Source: Cereibacter sphaeroides 2.4.1
GTDB lineage: Bacteria; Pseudomonadota; Alphaproteobacteria; Rhodobacterales; Rhodobacteraceae
DNA: 32,000 bases
Direction of reading: 5' to 3'
Assembly: GCF_000012905.2 (NCBI RefSeq)
Contig: NC_007493.2
Coordinates: 1,860,001 to 1,892,000, forward strand
Shown here one piece after another: positions 1 through 8,333 of the stretch. Below the pieces are notes generated by a model that was given only the letters and a program-made list of their open reading frames with translations, was not told the DNA's origin and did no database searches. The stretch's first letter is position 1, and every line of letters begins with the position of its first letter. The position numbers and the translations under genes are program-made.

Positions 1-1
1 C

Positions 2-1405
2 AAAGTAGCTGATGCTCTCAAACTGATGAAAGACGAGGAGGTCGAATATGTCGACATCCGCTTCACCGACCCGCGCGGCAAGCTCCAGCATGTGACGCTG
101 GTGGCCGATCTCGTCGACGAGGACTTCTTCGAGGAAGGCTTCATGTTCGACGGCTCGTCCATCGCCGGCTGGAAGTCGATCGACCAGTCCGACATGAAGC
201 TGATCCCGGATGCGGGCTCGGTCTACATCGACCCGTTCTATGCCGAGAAGACGCTCTGCGTGCATTGCAACGTCGTCGAGCCCGACACGGGCGAGGCCTA
301 CAGCCGCGACCCGCGCGGCACGGCCGTCAAGGCCGAAGCCTACCTGAAGGCTTCGGGCATCGGTGACGTGGCCTATTTCGGGCCGGAAGCCGAATTCTTC
401 ATCTTCGACGACGTGCGCTACTCGGTGACGCCGGCGAAGGTGGCCTACCAGATCGACGCCGATGCGGCGGCCTGGAACACCGACTCGGAATATGAGATGG
501 GCAACCTCGCCCACCGCGCCGGCCACAAGGGCGGCTACTTCCCGGTGAACCCGATCGACGAGGCCCAGGACCTGCGCGGCGAGATGCTCTCGACCATGAA
601 GCGCATGGGCATGAAGGTGGACAAGCACCACCACGAAGTGGCGACCTGCCAGCACGAACTCGGGCTGATCTTCGGCGGGCTGACCGAGCAGGCCGACAAC
701 ATCCTGAAATACAAGTATGTCATCCACAACGTCGCGGCCGCCTACGGCAAGACCGTGACCTTCATGCCGAAGCCCATGAAGGGCGACAACGGCTCGGGGA
801 TGCACGTCAACATGTCGATCTGGAAGGACGGCAAGCCGCTCTTCGCTGGCGACAAATATGCCGACCTGAGCCAGGAAGCCCTGTGGTTCATCGGCGGCAT
901 CCTGAAGCACGCCAAGGCGCTGAACGCGCTGACGAACCCGGCCACCAACAGCTACAAGCGGCTGATCCCGGGCTTCGAGGCTCCGGTGCTGCGCGCCTAC
1001 TCGGCCCGCAACCGCTCGGGCTGCGTCCGTATTCCGTGGACCGAGTCGCCGAAGGCCAAGCGCGTCGAAGCCCGTTTCCCCGATCCGTCGGCGAACCCGT
1101 ATCTCGCCTTTGCGGCGCTGCTGATGGCCGGCCTCGACGGCATCAAGAACAAGATCGATCCGGGCCCGGCATCGGACAAGGACCTCTACGACCTGCCGCC
1201 GGAAGAACTGGCCGCCATCCCGACCGTCTGCGGCTCGCTCCGCGAGGCGCTGGAAGAGCTGGAGAAGGACCACGACTTCCTGCTCGCCGGCGACGTGTTC
1301 ACCAAGGACCAACTCGAGGGCTACATGGCGCTCAAGTGGGAAGAGGTCTATGCCTACGAGCACACGCCGCACCCGGTGGAATATCAGATGTACTACAGCT
1401 GCTGA
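2..1405 (+). CDS. glnA: Glutamine synthetase type I (GlnA), 5' end cut by window edge
   Basis: ORF 26..1405 stays open in frame back to nt 2 (KVADALKL before the first Met), so the true start lies upstream of the window. GSI hallmarks seen: GSGMHVN, NSYKRLIPGFEAP, ARNRSGCVRIP, and the adenylylation-site context KDLYDLPPEE. A hairpin plus T-run follows the stop codon. Confidence 0.95.
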   Translation, partial: KVADALKLMKDEEVEYVDIRFTDPRGKLQHVTLVADLVDEDFFEEGFMFDGSSIAGWKSIDQSDMKLIPDAGSVYIDPFYAEKTLCVHCNVVEPDTGEAYSRDPRGTAVKAEAYLKASGIGDVAYFGPEAEFFIFDDVRYSVTPAKVAYQIDADAAAWNTDSEYEMGNLAHRAGHKGGYFPVNPIDEAQDLRGEMLSTMKRMGMKVDKHHHEVATCQHELGLIFGGLTEQADNILKYKYVIHNVAAAYGKTVTFMPKPMKGDNGSGMHVNMSIWKDGKPLFAGDKYADLSQEALWFIGGILKHAKALNALTNPATNSYKRLIPGFEAPVLRAYSARNRSGCVRIPWTESPKAKRVEARFPDPSANPYLAFAALLMAGLDGIKNKIDPGPASDKDLYDLPPEELAAIPTVCGSLREALEELEKDHDFLLAGDVFTKDQLEGYMALKWEEVYAYEHTPHPVEYQMYYSC

Positions 1406-1425
1406 TCCAGGCGGCGAGGGACAGG

Positions 1426-1454
1426 AAGGGCGCCTCCGGGCGCCCTTCTTCTTT
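1426..1454 (+). terminator. Rho-independent terminator of glnA
   Basis: AAGGGCGCC-TCCG-GGCGCCCTT perfect 9-bp stem followed by CTTCTTT, starting 21 nt after the glnA stop. Confidence 0.7.
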
Positions 1455-1597
1455 GGCGTTCAGCAGGAAGATCGTGGGCGACCGGCGTCTGCCCGCTGGC
1501 TCCGAGCCGGTTTATCGCCCCGGAAGAAGCGGCCGCGTCAGAGCGCGCCGCTCGCGCGGCGCCAGCCTCCTCTCGCGGGCGGCAGCGGGGGAACCTC

Positions 1598-2650
1598 TCA
1601 GGACACCGCCTCGCATTCGGCTTCGAAATCGATCACGACCGTGGTCCCCTGGGCCGACACGGGCTGCTCGACGGTTCCGCCGAGCTGATCCACCATCGCC
1701 CGCATCAGGCGGCGTCCGAGGCCGGTGCCGCGCGTCTCGGCCAGAGGCGTCGAGCCGATCCCGTCGTCGGACACCGAGAGGCGGCCGCGGCCGGGCTCGG
1801 GCTCGGTCAGCGAGACGGTGAGGCTGCCTCCCGACCCGCAGGGCCAGGCATATTTCGCGGCATTGGTCACGAGCTCCGACACGACCACGCCGAGGCAGAC
1901 CGCCCGGTCGGCGCTGACCTGCACGGGCTCGGTCGAGACGTCGAGCTTCACGCCCGGAGGCAGCGTCGCGGTGAAATCCGCCAGCATGGTGCGCAGATAG
2001 GTGCCGAGCTCGACCTGACGGCCCTCGTTGCCGAGATAGAGGCTGCGGTGGACGGCCGCGACCGCCCCGATCCGGCCCTGCGCCTCGGCCAGTGCCGTCT
2101 TCACCTCTTCCGAGCCCGAGGCCTGCGCCTGCAGCCGCAGAAGCGACTGGACCATGGCGAGACTGTTGGCCACGCGGTGATGCACCTCGGACAGGAGCAT
2201 CTCGGCCCGCGCCCGTGCAGCACGGGTCTCGGCATCGGCGCGCGCCTTGGCCTCCTCGAGCTCGAGCTTGGCAATCGACTGCCGGATCGAGCGTTGCAGC
2301 AGCGGCAGGAAATCCTCGGTCGCGCTCTTGATGACGTAGTCGTCGGCGCCGGCCTTCAGCGCCGCCACCGCGATGGTGGCGTCGCTCGAGCCCGTGACAT
2401 AGATCGCCGCGATCTTGCTGCCCTCTGCCCGCATCCGGCCGAGGATCTCGAGCCCGGTGCCGCTGGGCAGATAGTGGTCGAGCACCACCGCCTGAAATTC
2501 CTCGGCCGCCAGCAGCCGGTAGGCCTCTGTCGCATCCGGCGCATGGATCACCTCCATGTCGACCCGCGACAGCGCCTTCTGGATCAGCCGCGCCAGAACC
2601 GGGTCATCGTCGACATAGAGGATCCGCGGCCGCTTTGGCGCGTCCTTCAT
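1598..2650 (-). CDS. Hybrid sensor kinase: N-terminal receiver (REC) + HisKA_2-type dimerisation/phosphoacceptor + HATPase_c
   Basis: 350 aa from the internal Met MKDAPKRPRILYVDDDP. The ORF-track start at 2758 would run through the upstream gene. REC residues: VDDD, VVLDHYLP, YVTGSS, YVIKS. H-box HHRVANSLAMVQSLLRLQ and RIGAVAAVHRSLY are typical of HisKA_2/HWE-related kinases. N-box ELVTNAAKYA, G1 DDGIG, G2 GTGLG. The start ATG overlaps the upstream stop as ATGA (2647-2650). Confidence 0.85.
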   Translation of the reverse strand: MKDAPKRPRILYVDDDPVLARLIQKALSRVDMEVIHAPDATEAYRLLAAEEFQAVVLDHYLPSGTGLEILGRMRAEGSKIAAIYVTGSSDATIAVAALKAGADDYVIKSATEDFLPLLQRSIRQSIAKLELEEAKARADAETRAARARAEMLLSEVHHRVANSLAMVQSLLRLQAQASGSEEVKTALAEAQGRIGAVAAVHRSLYLGNEGRQVELGTYLRTMLADFTATLPPGVKLDVSTEPVQVSADRAVCLGVVVSELVTNAAKYAWPCGSGGSLTVSLTEPEPGRGRLSVSDDGIGSTPLAETRGTGLGRRLMRAMVDQLGGTVEQPVSAQGTTVVIDFEAECEAVS

Positions 2651-3084
2651 GGGACCTGAATCACCGAGAAGAACAGGCCGAGCTGGCGGATGGCATTGGC
2701 GAAGCTCTCGTATTCCACGGGCTTCGTGATGTAGACGTTGGCTCCCAGATCGTAGCATCGCTTGATCTCGCGCTCGTCGTCGGTGGTGGTCAGGATCACG
2801 ACCGGCAGGTGCTTGACGTTCGGATTGGTCTTGATCTTCTCGAGGATGTCGATGCCGGTCATGTCCGGCAGGTTCAGGTCGAGAAGGACGAGAAGATAGC
2901 GGTCCGCCATCTCGTTGCCAGTGCGGTCCGACCCGAGGATATAGTCGAGCGCGTCTCCGCCATTGACGAAGGGCACCACCTCGTTGTGCACACCGGCACG
3001 GCGGATGTTCTTCTCGATCAGGCGAGCGTGGCCCTCGTCATCCTCGACCATCACGATAGTCACTTCGCGCCCGAGCGCCTTCAT
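2647..3084 (-). CDS. Single-domain CheY-like response regulator (no output domain)
   Basis: 145 aa. VMVEDDEGH, LVLLDLNLPDMTG (phospho-Asp context), VVILTTTDD, YITKPV. ATGA overlaps at both ends (3081-3084 and 2647-2650). Confidence 0.9.
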   Translation of the reverse strand: MKALGREVTIVMVEDDEGHARLIEKNIRRAGVHNEVVPFVNGGDALDYILGSDRTGNEMADRYLLVLLDLNLPDMTGIDILEKIKTNPNVKHLPVVILTTTDDEREIKRCYDLGANVYITKPVEYESFANAIRQLGLFFSVIQVP

Positions 3085-4565
3085 GCCTTCACCTCATCCA
3101 GAACCCGGCGCAGATCCGTCGGCACATGCAGGGTGAAGGTCGCACCCTCGCCCTCAACCGACCTCAGGGTGATCTCGCCCCCGATATTTCGCATCAGCGT
3201 GCGGACATGCGCAAGGCCAATTCCTTCTCCGGGCTTGTCCTGCGCCCCCGACCGGCGGAACAGGTCGAAGACACGGCCGTGATCCTCGGCCCGGATGCCG
3301 CGCCCGTTGTCGGTCACCTCGATGGCCACCATCCGCCGCCCCTCGGGCCGCACGGTGACCGAGAGTTTCAGCGGACGCCCGGGCTTGGAATATTTCACCG
3401 CATTGTCGAGCAGGTTGCCGAGCGCCTGTTCGAGAGACAGCCGGTCGGAGACGATGCGGCTCACCTTGAGCGACAGGTCGGCCTCGCCGCCGGTCTCGGC
3501 GATCTGGTGCTGCACGCTGTCGAGCGACTGCCGCACCAGCGCCTCGAGATCCACCGGCACCGGGCGCAGCTCGCGCCGCCCGTCGCGCGAGATCTTCAGG
3601 ATCGCATTGATGAGCCCATCCATCTTGCGCGTCGATGACCGGATGAATTCCAGCGCCTCGGGCAGGTCCTCGGCGGCGGCCGTGCGCGCGTCGCGGATGT
3701 CGCTCTCGCTGACCGGAGCGCCATCGGCCAGCACATAGGCCTGCAGCGGCTTCAGCGCGGCCTCGAGTTCGCTGGTGAAGCCCATGATGTTCACCAGCGG
3801 CGCGCGAAGGTCGTGGGTCACGATATAGGCGAAGCGCTGCACCTCCTGGTTGGCGGCGATCAGATCGACGGTGCGCTGCTCCACACGCTCTTCGAGAGTC
3901 GCGTTCAGGCGGCGCATGTCCTCCTCCGCGCGGCGCAGCGCGGCGATCTGGCGCCGGAGCACCAGCACCGCCGCCCCGATCAGCAACAGCGCCGCGACTC
4001 CGCCGACCGCCGACAGCAGCTGCAGGCGCTGGTTCAGCCGGTGCTGGACATCGATCGCCTGGACGTTGCGGGCGTCGGATCGGTCGATGGTCTCCGTCAG
4101 AAGCTCGCGGATCCGATCCATGGCCGCACGCCCCTCGCCCCGGGCCACGATGGCCCGGCCAGCCTCCACCGTGCCGGCCTGTGCCTGAGTGATCGTCTCG
4201 GCCGCGATCTCGAGCCTGCGGCGGACAAGCCCTGACAGCTCCTCGCCTCCGACAATGCCGGCGCTCGTCTCATTGCTCTCGAGAGCCGTCAGCTCGGGCT
4301 GGATCCGCGCCAGCGCCGCCTCGTAAGGTTCGAGAAAGGTGGGATCGAGCGTGATGAGATAGCCGCGCTGGCCGATCTCGATGTCCTGCAGCGCGGAGAG
4401 CAGATCCGCCGCATGCCGCCGCGTCGCGCGCTCCTCGACGATGGCCTGAAAGGTGCGGTCCGCCCGGATGCTGATGTAGGTGGCGGAAGCAGCCAGAAGG
4501 GCGATGAGCACCGCGCCGAGAAGAAACAGCCAGGTGGTCGTGTCGCGTCCTATTCGGATCGTCAA
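3081..4565 (-). CDS. Membrane sensor histidine kinase with CHASE3 extracytoplasmic domain
   Basis: 494 aa. TM1 WLFLLGAVLIALLAA. CHASE3 signature DIEIGQRGYLITLDPTFLEPYEAA. TM2 LLSAVGGVAALLLIGAAVLVL. H-box VTHDLRAPLVNIMGF, N-box LLDNAVKYS, G1 DNGRGI, G2 GEGIGLA. The start codon at 4565 is TTG. No in-frame ATG or GTG precedes TM1, and AGGA lies about 9 nt upstream. Confidence 0.85.
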   Translation of the reverse strand: MTIRIGRDTTTWLFLLGAVLIALLAASATYISIRADRTFQAIVEERATRRHAADLLSALQDIEIGQRGYLITLDPTFLEPYEAALARIQPELTALESNETSAGIVGGEELSGLVRRRLEIAAETITQAQAGTVEAGRAIVARGEGRAAMDRIRELLTETIDRSDARNVQAIDVQHRLNQRLQLLSAVGGVAALLLIGAAVLVLRRQIAALRRAEEDMRRLNATLEERVEQRTVDLIAANQEVQRFAYIVTHDLRAPLVNIMGFTSELEAALKPLQAYVLADGAPVSESDIRDARTAAAEDLPEALEFIRSSTRKMDGLINAILKISRDGRRELRPVPVDLEALVRQSLDSVQHQIAETGGEADLSLKVSRIVSDRLSLEQALGNLLDNAVKYSKPGRPLKLSVTVRPEGRRMVAIEVTDNGRGIRAEDHGRVFDLFRRSGAQDKPGEGIGLAHVRTLMRNIGGEITLRSVEGEGATFTLHVPTDLRRVLDEVKA

Positions 4566-4881
4566 TTGAAAGGTCCTGCCAGTAAACTATGTCGCAACAA
4601 GCCTAGTGCGCCGGGCCCCGCTGCCAATGGGCGGAGGAGGAAGTTGCCCGACCGTGTCCCCCACGCCGCATTCGCAGGCGATCGCCTCCCGCGCAAGGGG
4701 GTCTTCCGCTCACAGAATGCCAGATTCGTCAATGTGACAAAAGCGCTCATGACTTGGGAACCTTTTGGCCCATCTAATCTTGACGAGTCGCGGTGCGGTC
4801 CGGCTCGGGCAGACCCGATTTCCCCACAGGTCCCGACAGGGCAGTGGCGGTCCTTGTGCGATGGAAACGAAAGGAACAGGT

Positions 4882-6000
4882 ATGACCGTCAATACAGTGG
4901 ATGTCTCGGCCGGCCGGGCGCAGCAGGTGCTGCGGGAGGGGTGGGCCGCACAGCGCGCGGGAGCCCTCACCACCTCCTGGATGCTGCACGGCCGTCCCGG
5001 CGTCGGCAAGACCGAAATCGTCCGCCAGCTCGCCGCCGAGCAGGGCGCCCGCTTCTACGATCTGCGGCTCACCACGATCGAGAGCCAGGACCTGCGCGGC
5101 CTGCCCTACTATGACCACGAGACGAAGAAGACCCAGTGGTATCGGCCCGAGGATCTGCCCGACGATCCCGACCGCCCATCCCTCCTGTTCCTCGACGAGC
5201 TGACGGCGGCCCCGCCGCACCTGCATCCGGCGGTCTATGGCCTCCTTCTCGAGCGGCGCGTGGGTCCGCATATCCTGCCCGACAATGTCTTCCTCGTCGC
5301 CGCCGGCAACATGGTCGAGGACGGGGCCGTGGCCTACGAGATGGGCACCGCCCTCTCGGACCGGCTGATCCACCTGCAGGTGCGGGCCACCGCGTCGGAC
5401 TGGCTGGAAAGCTATGCCGTTCCGCGCACCCTCCATCCCGCGGTGCTGGCCTTCATCCGGATGCGGCCCGACCTTCTCGAAACCACGGCCGAGGCGCTGG
5501 ACCGCGGCCTGATGATCTCCACCACCCCGCGCAGCTGGGACCGGGTGAGCCGGATCATGGGCGCCGTGCAGGACCGCGCCCTGCGCCGGATCATGGTCGC
5601 CGGGACGGTGGGCGAGGCCGTTGCGGCCGAGTTCATGCTGGTGGCCGACGACATCGAGGCCTCGGTCTCGGTGGAGCGGCTGCTGAACGCCGCCCCGCAC
5701 GAGCGGATCATGCTCTATCCGGAATCGATGCACGGGCTGCATGCGCTGATTTACGGGCTGGTTGGCGCGCTCGGCCCCACAACGGCCGTGCCGGTCATCG
5801 ACGTCATGGCCGGGATCCGCACGCTCGACGTGCACCGCAGCGACGCGAGCTTCGCCCGGATGCCGCTGGCCGAGCTCTGCACCCACGGGTTCGAGATGGC
5901 CATCCGCCGCGGGCTGGAGCAGGGCCTCGCCGAGGATTTCCTCGGCCATCCGGCCTATGCCGCCTATGCGAGCGAACGGCAGGCGATGGGCCTCGAATGA
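4882..6000 (+). CDS. MoxR-like AAA+ ATPase (AAA_5 type)
   Basis: 372 aa from ATG 4882 (AGGAACAGG just upstream). ORF-track alternatives are 4765 and 4861. Walker A GRPGVGKT, Walker B LLFLDEL, sensor-1-like VAAGN, MoxR-type ALSDRL. The stop overlaps the next gene's start (ATGA, 5997-6000). Confidence 0.85.
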   Translation: MTVNTVDVSAGRAQQVLREGWAAQRAGALTTSWMLHGRPGVGKTEIVRQLAAEQGARFYDLRLTTIESQDLRGLPYYDHETKKTQWYRPEDLPDDPDRPSLLFLDELTAAPPHLHPAVYGLLLERRVGPHILPDNVFLVAAGNMVEDGAVAYEMGTALSDRLIHLQVRATASDWLESYAVPRTLHPAVLAFIRMRPDLLETTAEALDRGLMISTTPRSWDRVSRIMGAVQDRALRRIMVAGTVGEAVAAEFMLVADDIEASVSVERLLNAAPHERIMLYPESMHGLHALIYGLVGALGPTTAVPVIDVMAGIRTLDVHRSDASFARMPLAELCTHGFEMAIRRGLEQGLAEDFLGHPAYAAYASERQAMGLE

Positions 6001-7307
6001 CCCCCCGCCATTCCCGTCGCGCCGGAGCGGCGCTGCGACGCCTCTCGGAAGAGGATCCGGCGCTCGGCGCGCTGTCGCTCTGGTGCGCCCACCGCGACAG
6101 CGACGAGCGCGATCAGGCGGCCTGGACGGACGGACGGTCGATCTTCTACGGCGCGCGGTTCGAGGCCTTGGCGCCGCATGAGCAGGTGGGCCTCGCTGCG
6201 CATCAGGTGCTGCATCTGGCGCTGCGCCACGGGCCCCGCGCGCAGGAGATGCGCTCGCGCTTCGGCGACCGCTACGACGACGAGCTGTTCAACATCGCCT
6301 GCGATGCGATCCTGAACCAGACCCTGGTCGAGGCGGGCCATTGCATCCCCCGCCCTGCGGTGCTGCTGCCGGACCTGCTGAAGGCGGCCCTGCCCGACGA
6401 GACGAGGACCAGCCAGTGGGACGCCGAGGCGCTCTACATCCGGCTCGGGACCGACCCTTCGCAGCCCGGCAAGGGCAAGGGCGGCGGCGACGGCAAGGGG
6501 CGCAGCTCGGACAGTTCCGAGAGCAAGCGGCCCGATCCCGCTCAGGCGGCCAGGCAGTTCGCCAGGCAGAAGGGCTTCAGCGAGGATCTCGAGCCCTGCC
6601 CCGGCCCGGTCGAGGGCGAGGAAGATGAATCTCCCGACGCGGCCGACTGGCAGGACCGGATCACCCGCGCTATGGAGGCGGGCCGCTCCGCCGGGCGCGG
6701 CATCGGCACGCTGTCCCACAAGCTGCTCGACCTGCCGCAGACGGGACTGCCGCACTGGGAGAGGCTGCTGCGGCGGCTGATCTCGAAGGCGGTGACGCAG
6801 GTGCCGCGACCGGACTGGGGCGTGCCCGCCCGACGCTGGCTCGCCGCCGACAGCGCCGCGCGCGCCGAAGGGCGTTTTCAACCGGCCTTCCAGCCCGCCC
6901 GCCGCGCCGATCGGGCGCGTCCGCGCGTGGCCGTGGCGCTCGACACCTCCACCTCCATCGACAATGCGCGTCTGTCGCTCTTTGCCGCGCAAGTGGCGGG
7001 CATCGGGCGCCGCACCGGCGCCGAGGTTCATGTGCTGGCGTTCGACACGGTGGTGACCGGCCACACGAGGATGCAGGGCATCGCCTGGGAGAGCGAGATC
7101 CAGCGGGTGAATTTCGCCCGCGGCGGCGGGACCGATTTCGGCCCGGTGATCCGGAGCGCGCTGGAGCTCGACCCGTCGGTGATCGTGATGCTGACCGACC
7201 TCGACGGCCCCTGCGGCCCCGCGCCCAAGGTGCCGGTGATCTGGGCGGTGCCTCAGGACGAGGCGCCGAAGCCGCCCTTCGGCAAGGTCATCAGCCTCGC
7301 GCGCTGA
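5997..7307 (+). CDS. Zincin-like (DUF2201_N-type) + VWA-domain protein, partner of the MoxR ATPase
   Basis: 436 aa from ATG 5997 (MTPRHSRR...). The 5136-5996 part of the tracked ORF is an out-of-frame shadow of the ATPase gene. The N-terminal domain has HQVLHLALRH where the family's HExxH is expected, plus NIACDAILN. There is a Gly/Lys/Ser-rich linker (GKGKGGGDGKGRSSDSSES). The C-terminal VWA domain has MIDAS-like DTSTS, GGGTDF and LTDLDG. Confidence 0.8.
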   Translation: MTPRHSRRAGAALRRLSEEDPALGALSLWCAHRDSDERDQAAWTDGRSIFYGARFEALAPHEQVGLAAHQVLHLALRHGPRAQEMRSRFGDRYDDELFNIACDAILNQTLVEAGHCIPRPAVLLPDLLKAALPDETRTSQWDAEALYIRLGTDPSQPGKGKGGGDGKGRSSDSSESKRPDPAQAARQFARQKGFSEDLEPCPGPVEGEEDESPDAADWQDRITRAMEAGRSAGRGIGTLSHKLLDLPQTGLPHWERLLRRLISKAVTQVPRPDWGVPARRWLAADSAARAEGRFQPAFQPARRADRARPRVAVALDTSTSIDNARLSLFAAQVAGIGRRTGAEVHVLAFDTVVTGHTRMQGIAWESEIQRVNFARGGGTDFGPVIRSALELDPSVIVMLTDLDGPCGPAPKVPVIWAVPQDEAPKPPFGKVISLAR

Positions 7308-7461
7308 GACGACATCCACAGTGCTCCGTCCCCTGCCGCAAAGGGGAAGCGGGCGGCCATGCGAGGGCACGCAACAGGCGCCGAGCGAGGGGCAGCCAGC
7401 ATTCCCTCTTTCCGCAGGCCATGACGAAATATACTTTCGTTGTAGGCGGTGAGCTGTGAAC

Positions 7462-7488
7462 GAAAAAGGCGCCCGCTGCGGGCGCCTT
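7462..7488 (-). terminator. Rho-independent terminator of the 7510..8187 gene
   Basis: On the minus strand: AAGGCGCCC-GCAGC-GGGCGCCTT followed by TTTC, giving an uninterrupted T5 run together with the stem's last TT. It starts about 20 nt after the stop at 7510. Confidence 0.7.
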
Positions 7489-7509
7489 CGTGTGCGACGG
7501 GAACGAGGG

Positions 7510-8187
7510 TCAGGCGCGCGCGATAGCCTTCGCCATGGCCGCGAGGCGCGCGTGCGCCGAAACGCTGGAGGCTTCGAGGGATACCTCCCGCATCGGCTTC
7601 TTCTCGACGAGATTGACGCGCAGCAGCGCGGCTTCCCCCAGTCCCTCCGCGAAGAGAGTCTCGCGGATCATGTGCTGTTCCTCGGCCGTCAGGTCCAGAA
7701 CCCGCCCCTCCGCCCCGCCCTGCACCGAGATCAGCGTGATCGGCGGCAGGCGCGCCAGCGAGGATTGCTCCACCACCAGCGTGAGCCGCCCGGCAAGGAT
7801 GCCGCGCCCGGCCGCGATCTTCGTCAGCACCGTCCGGCCTCGCAGCCGCAGGAGATCGAGTACCCGCGCCACCTGATCCTCGTCGCCGCTCCGCGCCCGC
7901 ACGGGCACCAGATTTCCCTCCGCGAACAGCGTCAGGAACAGCAGGATGGGCGACAGCGCGAGAGAGGCGGTCACCAGATCGGGCGCCACGAGAACCGCGG
8001 CCGGGATCGGCGCAACCGCCGCGCCGTTGCGCAGCATCGCCGACTCCGCCGCCATGCGCCAGAAGGCCGAGGAAAACAGGAGCCGCCGCGGAAGAGGCCG
8101 CTGCGGGGCGGCAAAGCGGCCCGGAAAGCGGCGCGCCTGCAGGGTTCTGCGATTGAAGATGGTAGACGGAGCAAGAACGAGAATCAT
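7510..8187 (-). CDS. Hypothetical membrane protein (two predicted TM segments + soluble C-terminal region)
   Basis: 225-aa ORF with AGGTGG 4 nt before the ATG and its own terminator. Hydrophobic stretches AAVAPIPAAVLVAPDLV and ASLALSPILLFLTLFA. I recognise no family motif. Confidence 0.55.
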   Translation of the reverse strand: MILVLAPSTIFNRRTLQARRFPGRFAAPQRPLPRRLLFSSAFWRMAAESAMLRNGAAVAPIPAAVLVAPDLVTASLALSPILLFLTLFAEGNLVPVRARSGDEDQVARVLDLLRLRGRTVLTKIAAGRGILAGRLTLVVEQSSLARLPPITLISVQGGAEGRVLDLTAEEQHMIRETLFAEGLGEAALLRVNLVEKKPMREVSLEASSVSAHARLAAMAKAIARA

Positions 8188-8333
8188 GGGACCACCTGCC
8201 TTTTGCCGACAATGCCAGGATGGCGGCCGGGTTCCCTGCCGTCAGCGCAATCCGGAGGTATTTCGCTGCAATTGGACGAAAAGGCAGGCCGGCGCGCGCG
8301 GCGGTTCCCCCGTCGCGCGAGCCCCGAGACCGG

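Noticed and set aside
4752-4790. Possible sigma54 (-24/-12) element near TTGGCCCATCTAATCTTGAC
   Set aside because: The GG is present, but the GC dinucleotide at the correct 10-nt spacing is missing.
5136-5996. N-terminal 287 aa of the tracked 723-aa ORF (5136..7307)
   Set aside because: This part overlaps the ATPase gene out of frame and is Arg/Pro/Gly-rich. The coherent protein begins at ATG 5997, which overlaps the ATPase stop (ATGA).
6468-6500. Threefold GGCAAGGG repeat
   Set aside because: It lies in frame inside the VWA gene and simply encodes the GKGKGGGDGKG linker. It is not a repeat element or a phase-variation tract of meaningful length.
4882-7307. Reading the MoxR-VWA pair as an anti-phage or conflict system
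   Set aside because: No third effector or VMAP-like gene, nuclease, toxin, mobile-element gene or compositional anomaly is adjacent. Only the generic chaperone-like reading is supportable from the sequence.
4774-7370. Long minus-strand ORFs 4774..5949 and 5964..7370
   Set aside because: They lie antisense to the MoxR ATPase and VWA genes, which have Walker and MIDAS motifs. The antisense products are low-complexity.
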